Shown here one piece after another: positions 51,690 to 64,000 of a DNA stretch of 64,000 nucleotides (the stretch's first letter is position 1; the number at the start of each line of letters is the position of its first letter). The DNA is taken from the NCBI GenBank assembly GCA_040954595.2, contig CM082595.2, positions 5,668,137 to 5,732,136 of the forward strand, given 5' to 3'. The notes below the pieces were generated by a model, which was not told the origin of the DNA, did no database searches, and saw only the letters and a program-made list of their open reading frames with translations. The stretch comes from Balanoglossus misakiensis. Taxonomy: Eukaryota > Animalia > Hemichordata. The translations under genes and the position numbers were made by a program.

Positions 51690-54600
51690 CTGAGTGAGAT
51701 AAAAAGAAACACAATCCGATTTTAAGAAATCTTCAAATTATACATTTACATACAGCTCATAGTGTAGATGGAGACAGCTCTACAGATGGTGTAAATAGTT
51801 AGCCTGCCCTCTGTAGTTAAGAGGTAAAGCACAGAGGATGATCCAATATGCGCGGACATGACAAATTTGCAAATAACACTCTTGCATACAATTTAATTAT
51901 CAGTTGCTGGAAGGGCAGTCTCCTGTAGTGTGTTAATTCAATCATCATATGGAATCCATACAGTCAATATGTGTGATGTTAAAGGGATACAATCGTCTCT
52001 AATTTACATATGCCCATATATGTGTTAGTGTCAATGACCAAATGGTGGCACAGTGTGTTTCACTCGGGCACCCAAGTGAAAATCTATGAATGGTTAGTTC
52101 TCGTTTTTTCCCATGGTAACCATGGCTAAAATTGCATCTATAAGTGACTCTATACATTAAATGCATGATAGAAGTGCTGATAAATAAATGGCTGTGGAGC
52201 ACGATCTAAGAAATGATTTCAACTTGAAGATATCTAGACGTCACTGCAGTCAAACAAGCACTATGTACACGAGCAGCCCCTAATATTATACCTGCACTTC
52301 TGTGTGATTGTGTGATTCACTATAGAAAATATCACTTTCCACTTTCCTTATTGATCATTCATATACTGCCCTATTTTATATTTGATTAATACATTTCGTG
52401 ATAATTCAGGGAGAGTATTATTGTACAGGTGTATAGAATTAGAAAGCTGTATGTGCATACACTGGGTCCGAATCAATTTTCACCCAAATGAAATTTTAGG
52501 TAACTATAAGTGCAAGCCTATATACAGTGGACAGAGGCTAAAAACATGATTCTCATAGTATCATTAGTTCCAACAATATAAATAATCTCATTATGGGAAA
52601 CCTGAAATAGAGTCTAGTTTGATTGAACCAAACAGAAGCTGTTAACTGTAAAATATCTGATCAAATTGGGAGAGACCTAGCTAGAAAATTCTGTTATGAA
52701 TATACTGAGTGAATGGCAAAATACCTCGAAGTGAATTTCACAACAATGCTTGAAATAGCTGACAGCATATCGCGCACATTGCTGCCTCGAAAGGTTCAGT
52801 TCTCTCAGTGATTCATAAACAGTTTGCAGTGGGCAAGCTATGTGACTCGCATACTGAGATGGCTACTTGAGTATTTTTATCGTTCTTATTATAAACCTCG
52901 GCACAGCAGAGATTGGCCCAGGTGACCGTGCATTCCGACCTCTGAAACAGATATAGATGCAGAATTTCGCAATTGGCAATTTAGGGACATTCACCTGATG
53001 GTCCATTAGACTGAAAAATTACTTTATATAGATGATTCCTCATGTAAAATTGCAATACAGGGGAGGTAAGCTATACACTACACACAAACAGATGTATGGT
53101 TGGTACATGTCCAGTTATTGGCCTGTTTTGAAAACAAAAACAAATCAAGTCTTGGCAAATCTTAACACAGAAATTTATTTTAAATATAGGAGATACGGAG
53201 GTCTACACGTATATCAGGAATTGAAAAATGGGTCATCTGAATTATCAATTCAGAATACATGTACTGTACTTAGTGAATAATTAGATTCTGATGGACAGAT
53301 GACAAGTCTTTATAAACACTAGATATGATGAAGCATTGGCCTGAAATTGATTTTGAAATGTGACGCACAAGTGATGAAATCGAACACAAAACTTGCAGAA
53401 CATTTGGATTAGATGTAATATTTGTACACATGAAATTCCGCACATGCGCAGAAGACGATCGTCGGCCTTTAAGTTATACGAACGTCCTAATCCTTCTGAT
53501 TTTCACTTGCCAGTAACTTAATATCCGGCTGTGATTGACTTCCAAAGTGTGTATTCTCACCATCTGCAGACAGCAGCATAAAAGGAAAGGCGTTGAATTT
53601 ATCTGACACGCATTGTTAGCAGACGACGTGGGGTTACGACAGAGTTCGGCGACTTAATTGCCCCTTTCTTGTACATTTCACCGTCCACAAAATTGCCCTC
53701 GTAAATTTAATGGAAGAAAATTAGCCTTTTATCAGCCGGGAGAGGGAAGTAATAATGTAGATACTTTCGAGATAAAAAGAACACGCCATTCTCCAAAGAG
53801 GCAGATTTGGTAGCAGCCGCTAATCAATCGTAATTTGACAGTGTCGCATTATGCTTCCTATTGTAATTCGATATGCGTTTCGGCCCGGACAAAACATGTA
53901 ATCTTATCAAAGGAGGAATATTGCATTTCTGCGGATAGTCAGTCTTTCTGGGTAGAACGACACTTGACTTCTGTTAATGGTGCATATATGTCCCTTTTGT
54001 GACAACCCCAGCAGTTAATTTTCCTACCGCACTTCAGGATAGATTTTCATGTACTCAACCAAAATGAAATAGTGGAAGTCATTTATAATAAGTCTTTTTT
54101 GCCCCACTTTGACCTACAGTATTATGATAATGGTATTTCAGTATTTTTGTGTCTACGGGACATTAGCTTTAACTTCTGGCTTTAATTTAAGTATTTTTGT
54201 TTTGTGTACCAAATTCAATTTCTTGCTCGATTCCAAACAACATGCTAATATACCGAGTACACCACTTGTCAACATAGCCATGTTCAGTGGAAGTCAAGCA
54301 AGACATTTTTTCCCATGATTCAAAATACAGTAAATGCCATATTGGAAATTCTGCCAAGTTCTTCTGTTTTTTTTTTTTAAATCATGCGAGTTATAGATGG
54401 TGAAAATGTTTTTTTTTCCTGAAAAAATGACGTCAAGGCTAACACATATGTAGAAATCAGTTGGACTGAACTTCCCCTTTAATTACACAAGCCCTGAGTT
54501 TGATACATATGGGACACACTAAACCTAACCAGTAACCCATTTAGCAATGCCCAGATCCTACTATTTGGCATGTGAATAAGACTATTAAACACTGCAGATG

Positions 54601-56837
54601 CAAAATAAAGAAAACACCTGCCCCACTTGAACAAGACAAGACTGAAAAAACAAACTCCACACTAAGCGTCTTGATGGTCTGTTTTTTTCAAGATCAATAA
54701 AATCCATGAACACGTTTTTCTCTATTGACCAGGAGCCTTCCGTAACGACTATAAAAATAGCAGCGAGCATAGATTTCTCTGATGGGGCTGCTAAATCGGA
54801 ATGATAATTACCATGCTCGGTCAGCTGTGACAATTTTGAAATGCTTCCCTGAGTTGTGGCTGTATGAGCAGCCGGGTTACCCATGGTTACCATTACATTG
54901 CTATTAATATATGAACCTAGACGGAACCTGCATCAGCTGGTTCATTTTCCCACAAGCCAAGCTTATAAAACAGGAATCATAATATCATATACTAATCCAT
55001 CTGGCCTATAAACTGTCATGACTTCGACGCAGAAAAAAATATAATCAAAATGTTATCTTTTCATGTATTTTTAATGAGGTAATGTCATTGTGGCCTATAT
55101 TCAGAGCAACCTTAATAGCAAGAATTAATGCCACCTTTGGCTTTTCAAACATTCTTACGAACTAATCTACAGATTAATTTTAAAGCGCGCCCTTTAAGGC
55201 AAATTGATGTAAAACAGTAATCAAGCTTGACAAGCCACTGTACAATTTTTTTTATGTTTTACATACGGTAATTTCTCTAAAGGCTGATATGCTCACGGTC
55301 TCTCCTGATTTTCTGCAATTTTTTCCACTGGCTTCCACTAGTTTTTGGAGTGAAAAATGCCATGTACCAAAACTGATTACACAGTAATTTTTGCCGAAAA
55401 TTTCTGCATAATTATAAACATTTTATAATGGTGTAAATAGTGGGATAAAGTTTCCAAGGAGTGAATTCTGGTTTTAATAAATTCCCTTTTCATAATCAGA
55501 AATGAAAACCGCGACAAAATGCATGGTATGTACTCAGTACTGCACAAACAACCACATGAAATTCACACTGACATCTGACAAACATGATCGCCAATTTAAA
55601 ACGTAAGAGAACTCGTCCGGTTGTAGCCACTGCTGGCTTGAATGAACAACTCCCAACTGGGTCTGCACATGCACCATCCACAGAAATAGTCATCAAATGA
55701 AATTCCAATCATTGCACAGAGTTTATGTAGCTTCTTCTTTCTTTGATCTTTAAAAACCTCTAATGCACCTGCACTTAAAACAGTGACGTACTTAACAGTT
55801 TAGAACTGTGTAATTATCTCCCAACAGCCCAGGCACATTCTCCAAAGCATCAAACTATATATAGTTTAAAGTTATTGTTGTTTGTGAAAAGGAACTAAAT
55901 CCAACCCATTTGGTGATTACTCAGGATTTTCATGATGGCAACTATCTCAGAGGAGTGTCAAAAAGAGTGTGTCTTGTGGATTGCCTATATATAAAAAACA
56001 TGCATTTAGAGTTTTACACAGAGCACTTGGAATACAATCAAGAATACATTGAAGCTTTCACTTATCGTATAGAAACATAAAACGCCAAACACATCAACGC
56101 CGCAATCTTCTGAGGGTGGTTAATCTTTGTGATGTACTTTCTGTGGTTATTTTCACCTGGCTGAAGAAGCTCATACCCATGTTGTTCACCACACAGACCT
56201 GAGATGAATCAGTCACCAACTATCAGAGCTTATCTTCTACGCATACCTTGTATCATTTCAAGGCATGTGTTAACTTCTATTGGACAGCTATTGCAGATAT
56301 GTGATATGCCAGCACAATTAAAAGAAACAACATTCTTAAAATTATCATTATCATACTCCATGCAGAACCACCAAATGGGGTTGATTAAAACTGTCTTGCA
56401 TCATGTTGTATATTATGCCATAAACATGCACTGACCTTTAACAGTACACACAAAATGTGTGTACGAATTTTGAACAAAGAGTACAATTGCATCGTGGAAA
56501 GATTAATATCATTTTAGTCCATTAAACCACAAGATTTACAAGAAAAATTAGACTGTGCAAGAAAGGTTACACTGTAGAGAGTCATTAAGATGAAATGACT
56601 GTCAAACATCAGAAAATTGGAATGAAAATGTCACCTCCTTATAGATTATTTTTTTCCATTATCCTTAATGGAATAGATGAGATGGAACGATTTGCTTATT
56701 CCTTACTCAGGGCTGGAGTTAATCTTTGCTTCTCAAATAACATTAACTTTCAGATGGATTCGGTGTTGTTTTCTGTGACAGTGTTCGAATTAGTCAGCGG
56801 TTTTGCTCCAAATGTCAGCACTTTGGTTACACCTGAG

Positions 56838-57155
56838 TTAAAGGGACAAAGTCTCTCTCTCGCTGCCCTTTTTCCATTAATTATGTTTGATACAACACTG
56901 TTTATCTTATTCTACATGTGGATATATAATGAATCAGCGTTCAACCACACACAACTTCCATCCTGTTTGTAGGGTATGAGAGTAAAAATTCGCCCAAAAT
57001 GAATAAATGGTAGAAACTGATTATTCACTCTGGGATGGAAGTTGTGTGTGGTTGAACATTGATTCACTATATATCCACATGTACATTAACAGGCGTCTTG
57101 TATCAAATGTAATTAATGGAAAAAGGGCAGCGAGAGAGAGACTTTATCCCTTTAA
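56838..57155. mobile_element. Kolobok-type MITE with long (~125-bp) TIRs
   Basis: TTAA|AGGGACAAAGTCTCTCTCTCGCTGCCCTTTTTCCATTAATTA ... TAATTAATGGAAAAAGGGCAGCGAGAGAGAGACTTTATCCCT|TTAA. Confidence 0.85.
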
Positions 57156-57782
57156 AATCTAAGATGTGTATGTGCTGTGGGTAACATTATATCAGACATA
57201 CATTACAATGTAGGACGAATAAAGTGCAAAAGACCGAGATATCTCCCTGTTCGATAATCACCAGATTACTCAGCGATTAATTTCCGCAAAACAAATAAAG
57301 AAGATCTAGAGTGCATAAATTTGGCACTGTACGTACTTCAGAGCAACCTACTTTTTATATAAAAATAAACCAGGTGACATGAACATATCTGTTATTCTTA
57401 AGAGGACTTAAATCCACTTAGTAAGGAAGACTGAGACACTGTCTTGTCTCATCACATTGCATGTTCCGTGCTTAGACGTCATTCATGATCAAAACCCCGC
57501 TTCCATCAAAGAGGCAGCGTCGCGAAATAGGTCGCCGGTGCCTTCCTCTTATATGCTCCACCTACTGAGTTTGTTAGCTTGATTTTTCAACAAAGCACGT
57601 GTGGGCAAATTTGAAGGTTACTGTTTCCTGTGGGTCAAGGTCTTTGCCGCGAGCAAGGACTTCAGGTGTGCGTGCGTGCGTGTCGTAACGTCTTGTGTTT
57701 TTCGCTCAGCGGGGAACACACCACAGGGTAATGGCTCTGATGACGCAGTGATCTCACTAAATCACAACATCATGAGATAATA

Positions 57783-57943
57783 TAGCCTGGTCTCCATACC
57801 CAGTGTGTTTTAGATATAGACTCACACACATCGCATTTTGACTTCTATTGACATGCAGATCTTAAAAATGGAAGATAGTTGACTGTGGCCAGACCCTTGT
57901 GTGTGAGTCTATCTAAAACACACTAGGTATGGAGACCAGGCTA
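57783..57943. mobile_element. Palindromic MITE with TAG...CTA termini and perfect 9-bp TSD
   Basis: ~47-bp TIRs tagcctggtctccatacc.agtgtgttttagata.agactcacacac; GAGATAATA duplicated at 57774-57782 and 57944-57952. Confidence 0.85.
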
Positions 57944-57978
57944 GAGATAATACAAATAGCACTGACTTGATTTTCTTA

Positions 57979-58071
57979 TTAACCCTTTCACCCCCAGTTC
58001 CCTCTTTACAGGCCCAACTTTACCATAGAAAACAATGGGTTTGGACTGAACCATGGTGGTGAAAGGGTTAA
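57979..58071. mobile_element. ~90-bp piggyBac-type MITE
   Basis: TTAA|CCCTTTCACC ... GGTGAAAGGG|TTAA. Confidence 0.8.
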
Positions 58072-59854
58072 AGCCTAGCTCTTACCCAGCTAAGCTATGA
58101 GTTTTTAGTGATCAGCACTCCAAGCCAACGTCATCGAATTTGATCGGTTTACGCTGACATACATGTACATGCGCTAACACCTTTTGTGTGCACAGTAGTG
58201 ACAGTGTCATGAAATCGGATTTTATCATCCTCACTATAAAACGCAAACTGCAATGATGTTATTTTAACAATTATCACCGCATACTGTTATCAGTGGAGCA
58301 GAGAGACCCAACATTGACTGTTGACTGAAGATGAAACGATAGTCATCCCTCGGATGTTATTTTCAATTAGTTTGCCATATGCTGCTCGCAAACACCACTT
58401 CAAAAGTCATTGTTGCGTTGATGGATCAGCGAACTGTGTTAAAAGACTCAAAAGCTGGGATGCACTGGTTGATGTTATCATACTATGCCATGTGCGAATA
58501 TATGTGTCTTTGCTTGACTGTTTATACGAATAATGAGAAAACGATTCCAACAGATCAAATTTATCAGTACATATACTGTAAAACACATTGTAATAGCTGC
58601 ATGCTTTTTTAGAGAATTTAGATTTTCAGTTCGTTTAGCAGGTTTACTGAAAATTTCCAATGTTTTTTATTTATAAAGGTTTTAAAAACAGTATAGTTGC
58701 CTCTGACTGTGCTATGAAGTTTCTTATTCTACTCCTTCACTCATGAGCTGTCCACAGAGGCTGAATATACAAATAGCATTTTTATTGTTCGAAATGAATT
58801 ATGCATTAGACAGGGAAATGAACTACATAAAATATTCACGCAACTGTTTTAATAATTTCCAACTTTTTTAGATTTTCAGTGAAGAATCTCAAAATAACCA
58901 CATGCTTCGCTGTACTGCTAAGATGTCTTTCCATTTTGCTATTCACACAACGTGAAACAAATTACTCCTTGTCTTGACCACCTGCTCAGCAAACTTGAAC
59001 TACCAATTAATTTTTAATACTCTCAATTTGGACAAAGAGAGAGGTTTATTCTAGAATAATTAGCTATGGCAGAGTTCTGCTGTTAACTCAACCCTGAAGA
59101 AGTAATGTTAGCACTACATAAAAAAAACATCAAGATTTCATTTTCCATCTGGGAGCTGTATTCTGAAGGAGGTCCACAGAAATCTTCACAAGTTGCATTC
59201 CTGAATAACACAGTCATAATCCTATAAAAGACTGTTTTTGAAGGAGTAAAAAAATGTCAAATTGCTTTTACATTCCACGATACAGCATGGTTCAAAAATG
59301 CACCAGTGTACTGATAGTATTGACATGGTCTAAATATTTATTTTGAAGACAGGGTCTAAACGGTGAGTGATATGTGAGTGTATCATGACTTTTATAGTAC
59401 GGAAGAACTGTACAATACCATCAGACCAAAAATATCTTGAAGATTCTATTTCATATCAGACTACTTGTTCCAAAGCATACCAGCTTCCAGAATTTTTTTT
59501 CCAAAGCCTAACCACTGAGTGACACATCAAAAGTGATATGTCTAATAAATACCGACGCATGTCATCAACCTTGAGGGGCTGTTACATTCCGGCATTCTCA
59601 TGGACAAGCATGTACCTTATCCATTGACTGGTGCCGGAACCAGAATGCGCATTAAAAGAGTCATTTCTCTACAGGAATTGGCATTTTGTTTTGTCGTGGT
59701 CAATTAGCCGCGAACTATTCCAAACAGTTGCGGTGAGGAGAGATCAGTTAATTTCTGACAAGGCAGTCTCGGCATGGTGTAGTGGTTGCTGGGGTTTCCG
59801 CGATGTGAGTTTTATAATCCAGCCAAACCACAGAGAAACGAGAAAGACAGAGCA

Positions 59855-60049
59855 TTAAAGGTACACGGTCACCCCTAATTTACATACGCCCATATATATG
59901 GCTGAAATGGCGTATTTGAGTGTTCTAAAAAACATATGGTGGCACTCTTATTTTCGCGTGTGCCACCCACTTAAAATCTGTGAGTGGCTAGATCTCAATT
60001 TGCCATGGTAACTGTAGCTAAACTTCCATAGGTGACTGTATACCTTTAA
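59855..60049. mobile_element. Kolobok-type MITE
   Basis: TTAA|AGGTACACGGTCACC ... GGTGACTGTATACCT|TTAA (13/15). Confidence 0.75.
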
Positions 60050-63000
60050 AGGGACATTAGCTGTAACTTTTGGCTTTTTTTTCAGTAATTTTGTTTGTGT
60101 ACCAAATGTTTTGGCTATTCTGTTCTCTCGGCTTCGGCTGTTCCGTTCTCAGTTTGGCTGTTCTCAGGCCTACACTACACACCACTCTTCCAAACAGAAC
60201 AGGAAAGAATCAGCATAAGTAAAACAGTGCCTAACTCTACATCTGATTTTAATCAGATTGCCTCTGCTAGATTAGTAAACCTGTCATTCATCAATTGGCA
60301 TATCAGTTAATGATCCTGCAATAAGTTCTAGTGCAACCAATGGGTCTCAACTCCAGAATGAACACTCGATAAAAAGTCTACGGATATTCTTCAACTCAAA
60401 GCCAGGAGGTATTGTGGAATACTTTGAATACTTGTAAGCTAACTGTATCTGTCACTCAGCTACAAACAGGCAGAACACATCACTATTATTATTAGGACAT
60501 CACCGCCACAAATCATCGTAAACTCTTTCGGTGAGATATCTGCTTGATAGGAAATGCTAAAATGTTATCGCTTTGCAAAGGAAAACATACCAGCATAGCA
60601 CGCATGAAATGTGGTAACAGACACCGGTTAAATGTAAGAGACGGGAATTTCTCTTCCCAGTTATTTCTTGAGAATGCCGGACAGTGGGAAAGGAATCTCC
60701 GACATGAAATTGCCCCAGGCATTTGATGAGCAGTGTCTGGACAAACCAGGGTATTTATTGATCACTGCCGGGAGCGATTACCCGACCTGAAGTGACCCTG
60801 GTTATGTGACTGTCAAAGTCAACAGACCTTCACCGGGAGCGGTCTTCAGCAGGCCATGCACTGACAGGTGCCCCTGCAGCAGCAATTTGTACTCCCCCAT
60901 TACATCTATTATTACCCCACTCACAGCAGGATTTCAGCCGAACCGTGTTTTGCAATGGCAAGGTTGGAGGAACAAGGGGGTAAGAAAACTGCTCCTGATC
61001 TGAAAAGGGGGTTAAGTGGGGTGAACATCTACCAAACTCCCTGTGGTGGTTTAGATGCACACAATTTCATCAAATCGCCAAAGTGTCACGACAGTGCAAG
61101 AAGGTCGTATCTGTTTTCCCAACTTTTCATGAGTGACAAGAAGCGTTGATTTTCAAATAACGTTAATAAGCATGCAGGCAAGAAACATATCATGATCAAG
61201 AACTGACCAAAAGGAAGTTCTCAATTAACTTATTTTTTCAGGCATGGTGTCAAACATTTTCCTAACTTACATGAACAACTGATGTTATGTGTAGCATAGG
61301 TAGAATTTTTCCAGGATTGAGGTTCAATTTTCCAGGATTTCCAAGCCTTTTCAGGAGCAGTTTACTATTCCAGGACGTTCCAGAAGCATATAAACACTGC
61401 AGTTACGACACTTGGAGTAAGGTCTGCTCATTCTTTCAGAAACACCTGATAAGATCCACAGCTGTCAACCTTGAGCTAAGTACCTTGTAATCCCCAAACA
61501 AACTGAAGTGAAGTATTATTGTCAGTGTGTCTTTTCTGTTTATTTTATTTTGTGTACACAGTTTGCATTTCTGGTGTGTTTTTAGACACTCAGCCACTAC
61601 TGTAAGATTTTCGGATGACAATTCACAATCCCTGAACAAGCATGAATCTGCAATGGAGGTAGCCATGGCCATGAATACAAATTAACATCAGGAACGAGCT
61701 GTATCGTTTATCGGTACTGTGTTTCTTTAGGCTCACCAACCTAAACTAGCGCATACAGCCCATCTCTCTCAGTCGGCAGTGAACCTGAAGTTGCAACATG
61801 GGCCCTTGGAAAGAAACAAATCTGTCATTAAGATATTTAACACAAAGCTATTCATCGACTGACACCACTCTTGTATTTCCTGTCAATTAGGAGCAATGTA
61901 ATCCTGTGAACATTATCAAATAACCTCATGCGCATAAAAGGTGTGGAACGGCACGCATCAATCTGTCTAGTTTAAATGAGATCATAACAAGATTATTTTT
62001 GAGTCCAATGCATGACTTCCCCATTCTTTGAGTCAATGTACTTTGTAAATTTATACAAAAAGTAAACGAGTTGTCATTTTATATATAATTAAACATAATT
62101 ATTTGTAGTCTCGTAGTGGTCTAACATGGTCAACGCTTCTGCATGGGTCAAAGGTCGCGCTAAGAGCCATCCACTGACTTCACCAGCTGGCATGCTTGTG
62201 TTTCGTGTCTTCCTGGGGATAAGGGCTATTTTAGAACCGAGTGGAAGTGTGCCGTTCCGTGGATCTGGCCAGTTATCCAGCAGTGTCTGGAAATGAAATC
62301 CCCTGGAATTATTTTCATAAGTGATACAATCGCCATTTTCCTGGCTGTGTGAGATTTTTATTATCCCTGCCAATCACTGACGTCCCGGTGTGTCCCTGCT
62401 CTGAGTGTTCACCTTGTTTTTTTCTTTCCTGTTTTATTTCAGAGAAGTGATTTTTCGTGAGCGGCTACTACATGTACATGTATACATAAAGTCATTGTGA
62501 TTCTTAAAAAATAAAACCCAAAAGAATATATCTGGAGAATGAATCTGAAAACTTGGCAGGTCATCATGTGTGCAATATACATTGTAACCACAGCAGAAGT
62601 CTACACAAAACACAGAACTATCATTTCACATCTGCTCTATCTATGTAATATGGTATTACGGATAAACTGGGCCGAAATAACCCATTGCTAAAAACAGCGG
62701 TCTGGCCAGCTCTGCATGGGTCACAGGTCAGATCCATCACACATATGGAACAAATGAATTTTTCCAGGATTCATGTCTTGTTTTTCGTTATGGCCGTCTG
62801 GACGTCAGATTTGGATGTAATTTATTAAACTTAACAAGCGGCATTTCGGCATTTTTGAGTCATCAAGGGTTCATATAGTTTATTTTAGTGCCAGTTTATC
62901 TTGTTATGACTAACGGACCGGCCATACAAAGCATTTCATATTTTCATCTTTGGTTTCTACCGAGGAAGGAAACTGGATCGTTAGAAGACAGATCGTACAA

Positions 63001-63144
63001 GTACCCATTCATCATGTACTCTTCATAACATTCTCAGTACTTTATACCAATATTGTAGGAATTTATGGCGTATAAATCCATAATTACAGTAGATTTCTGC
63101 ATAGAATTAGTTGTACATTAGATAATAAAAGCTGTTATATTACA

Positions 63145-63462
63145 TATTATATTATACCAGTATATTGATGGTGTAAATCACGCTATTTGATTGGTCGAGA
63201 CACGACACGTGACCGTGATATATTAGCCATATACCACAGTCATATATCATAGTTAAAGAAAATGCCTTTTAAAAATGTTTTATGCAAAGTTTCAATATAC
63301 TGGCAAAATATAATAGCAATAAAACACCCCCAGCCATGGTATACCACTCGATTTTGACCAGTTCAACTCCATATACGCACTCGCTATCGCTCGTGCGTAT
63401 ATGTCGTGAACTGGTCAAAATCTCGTGATATACCATGGCTGGGGGTGTTTTATTGCTTAAAT
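63145..63462 (-). mobile_element. 318-bp hairpin element, copy 2 (inverted)
   Basis: Reverse complement of 9445-9762 with only a few differences. Confidence 0.85.
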
Positions 63463-64000
63463 ATTAACTTTTATTACACGAAATTACATTGTATGACATC
63501 AATTGTATATTATGAAATTGCATTTAATTACAAAGCTATTACAGTCAAACTACCCTATACTTTATACATGAATGCTGGATGTATATTACCTTTCTGTCAA
63601 TTTGTATAATTTAGCTGATGACGGTAAAATCAGTTTTGCCAGATTTGGCACCAACAAAACAAAATAAGTAAACAACAACAATAACACACCCCAAAACAAC
63701 AATGAGCAAACTATATCAGTACTAGAAATGAAGGTGTATATTTGAAATGTATGGGAAAGTATAGTATAAATTTGTATTTGTTTACTGTGGCATAAACTGC
63801 ATACATCATACATGTATGTATTTTATCACATCATATTTGCATACATGTAGAGTGCCCACCTGTCCAAGTGCTCTTTCCAACAAATGACATGTATTAGTGC
63901 CATGCACATATACTGTTGTCTTTGACACCATATCTCTGAGCGCTAGTCCCAACAGACATAGCATAATTGATTTTTCTCTGTGATAATCACGTAATAATGA

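Overview
AT-rich animal genomic DNA with spliceosomal introns; the gene and repeat content suggests a marine invertebrate, possibly a deuterostome, but the taxon cannot be proven from sequence. Genes: (1) two tandem, single-coding-exon paralogs (12294-13136 and 21923-22759, +) encoding type I membrane proteins with a signal peptide, an LRRNT-like cysteine cap, no LRRs, an LRFN/FLRT/LRRN-type FN3 domain, one TM helix and a short tail; (2) an orphan two-finger C2H2 gene (23739-24347, -); (3) a complete 18-exon GABA-B-receptor-like class C GPCR (28732-44020, +, about 781 aa) whose 7TM looks GB2-like while its ligand pocket is partly GB1-like; (4) the last five coding exons of FBXO42 (48143-51689, -), with an upstream intron over 12 kb that runs off the window. 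Non-coding DNA is full of non-autonomous DNA transposons (TTAA-flanked Kolobok-type and piggyBac-type, TA-flanked, 9-bp-TSD palindromes, a 318-bp hairpin element), mini/microsatellites, and a small array of CTCF-like motifs between the convergent genes. No CRISPR, rRNA or tRNA was seen. All comparisons to known proteins are by eye from recalled family motifs, not database searches.
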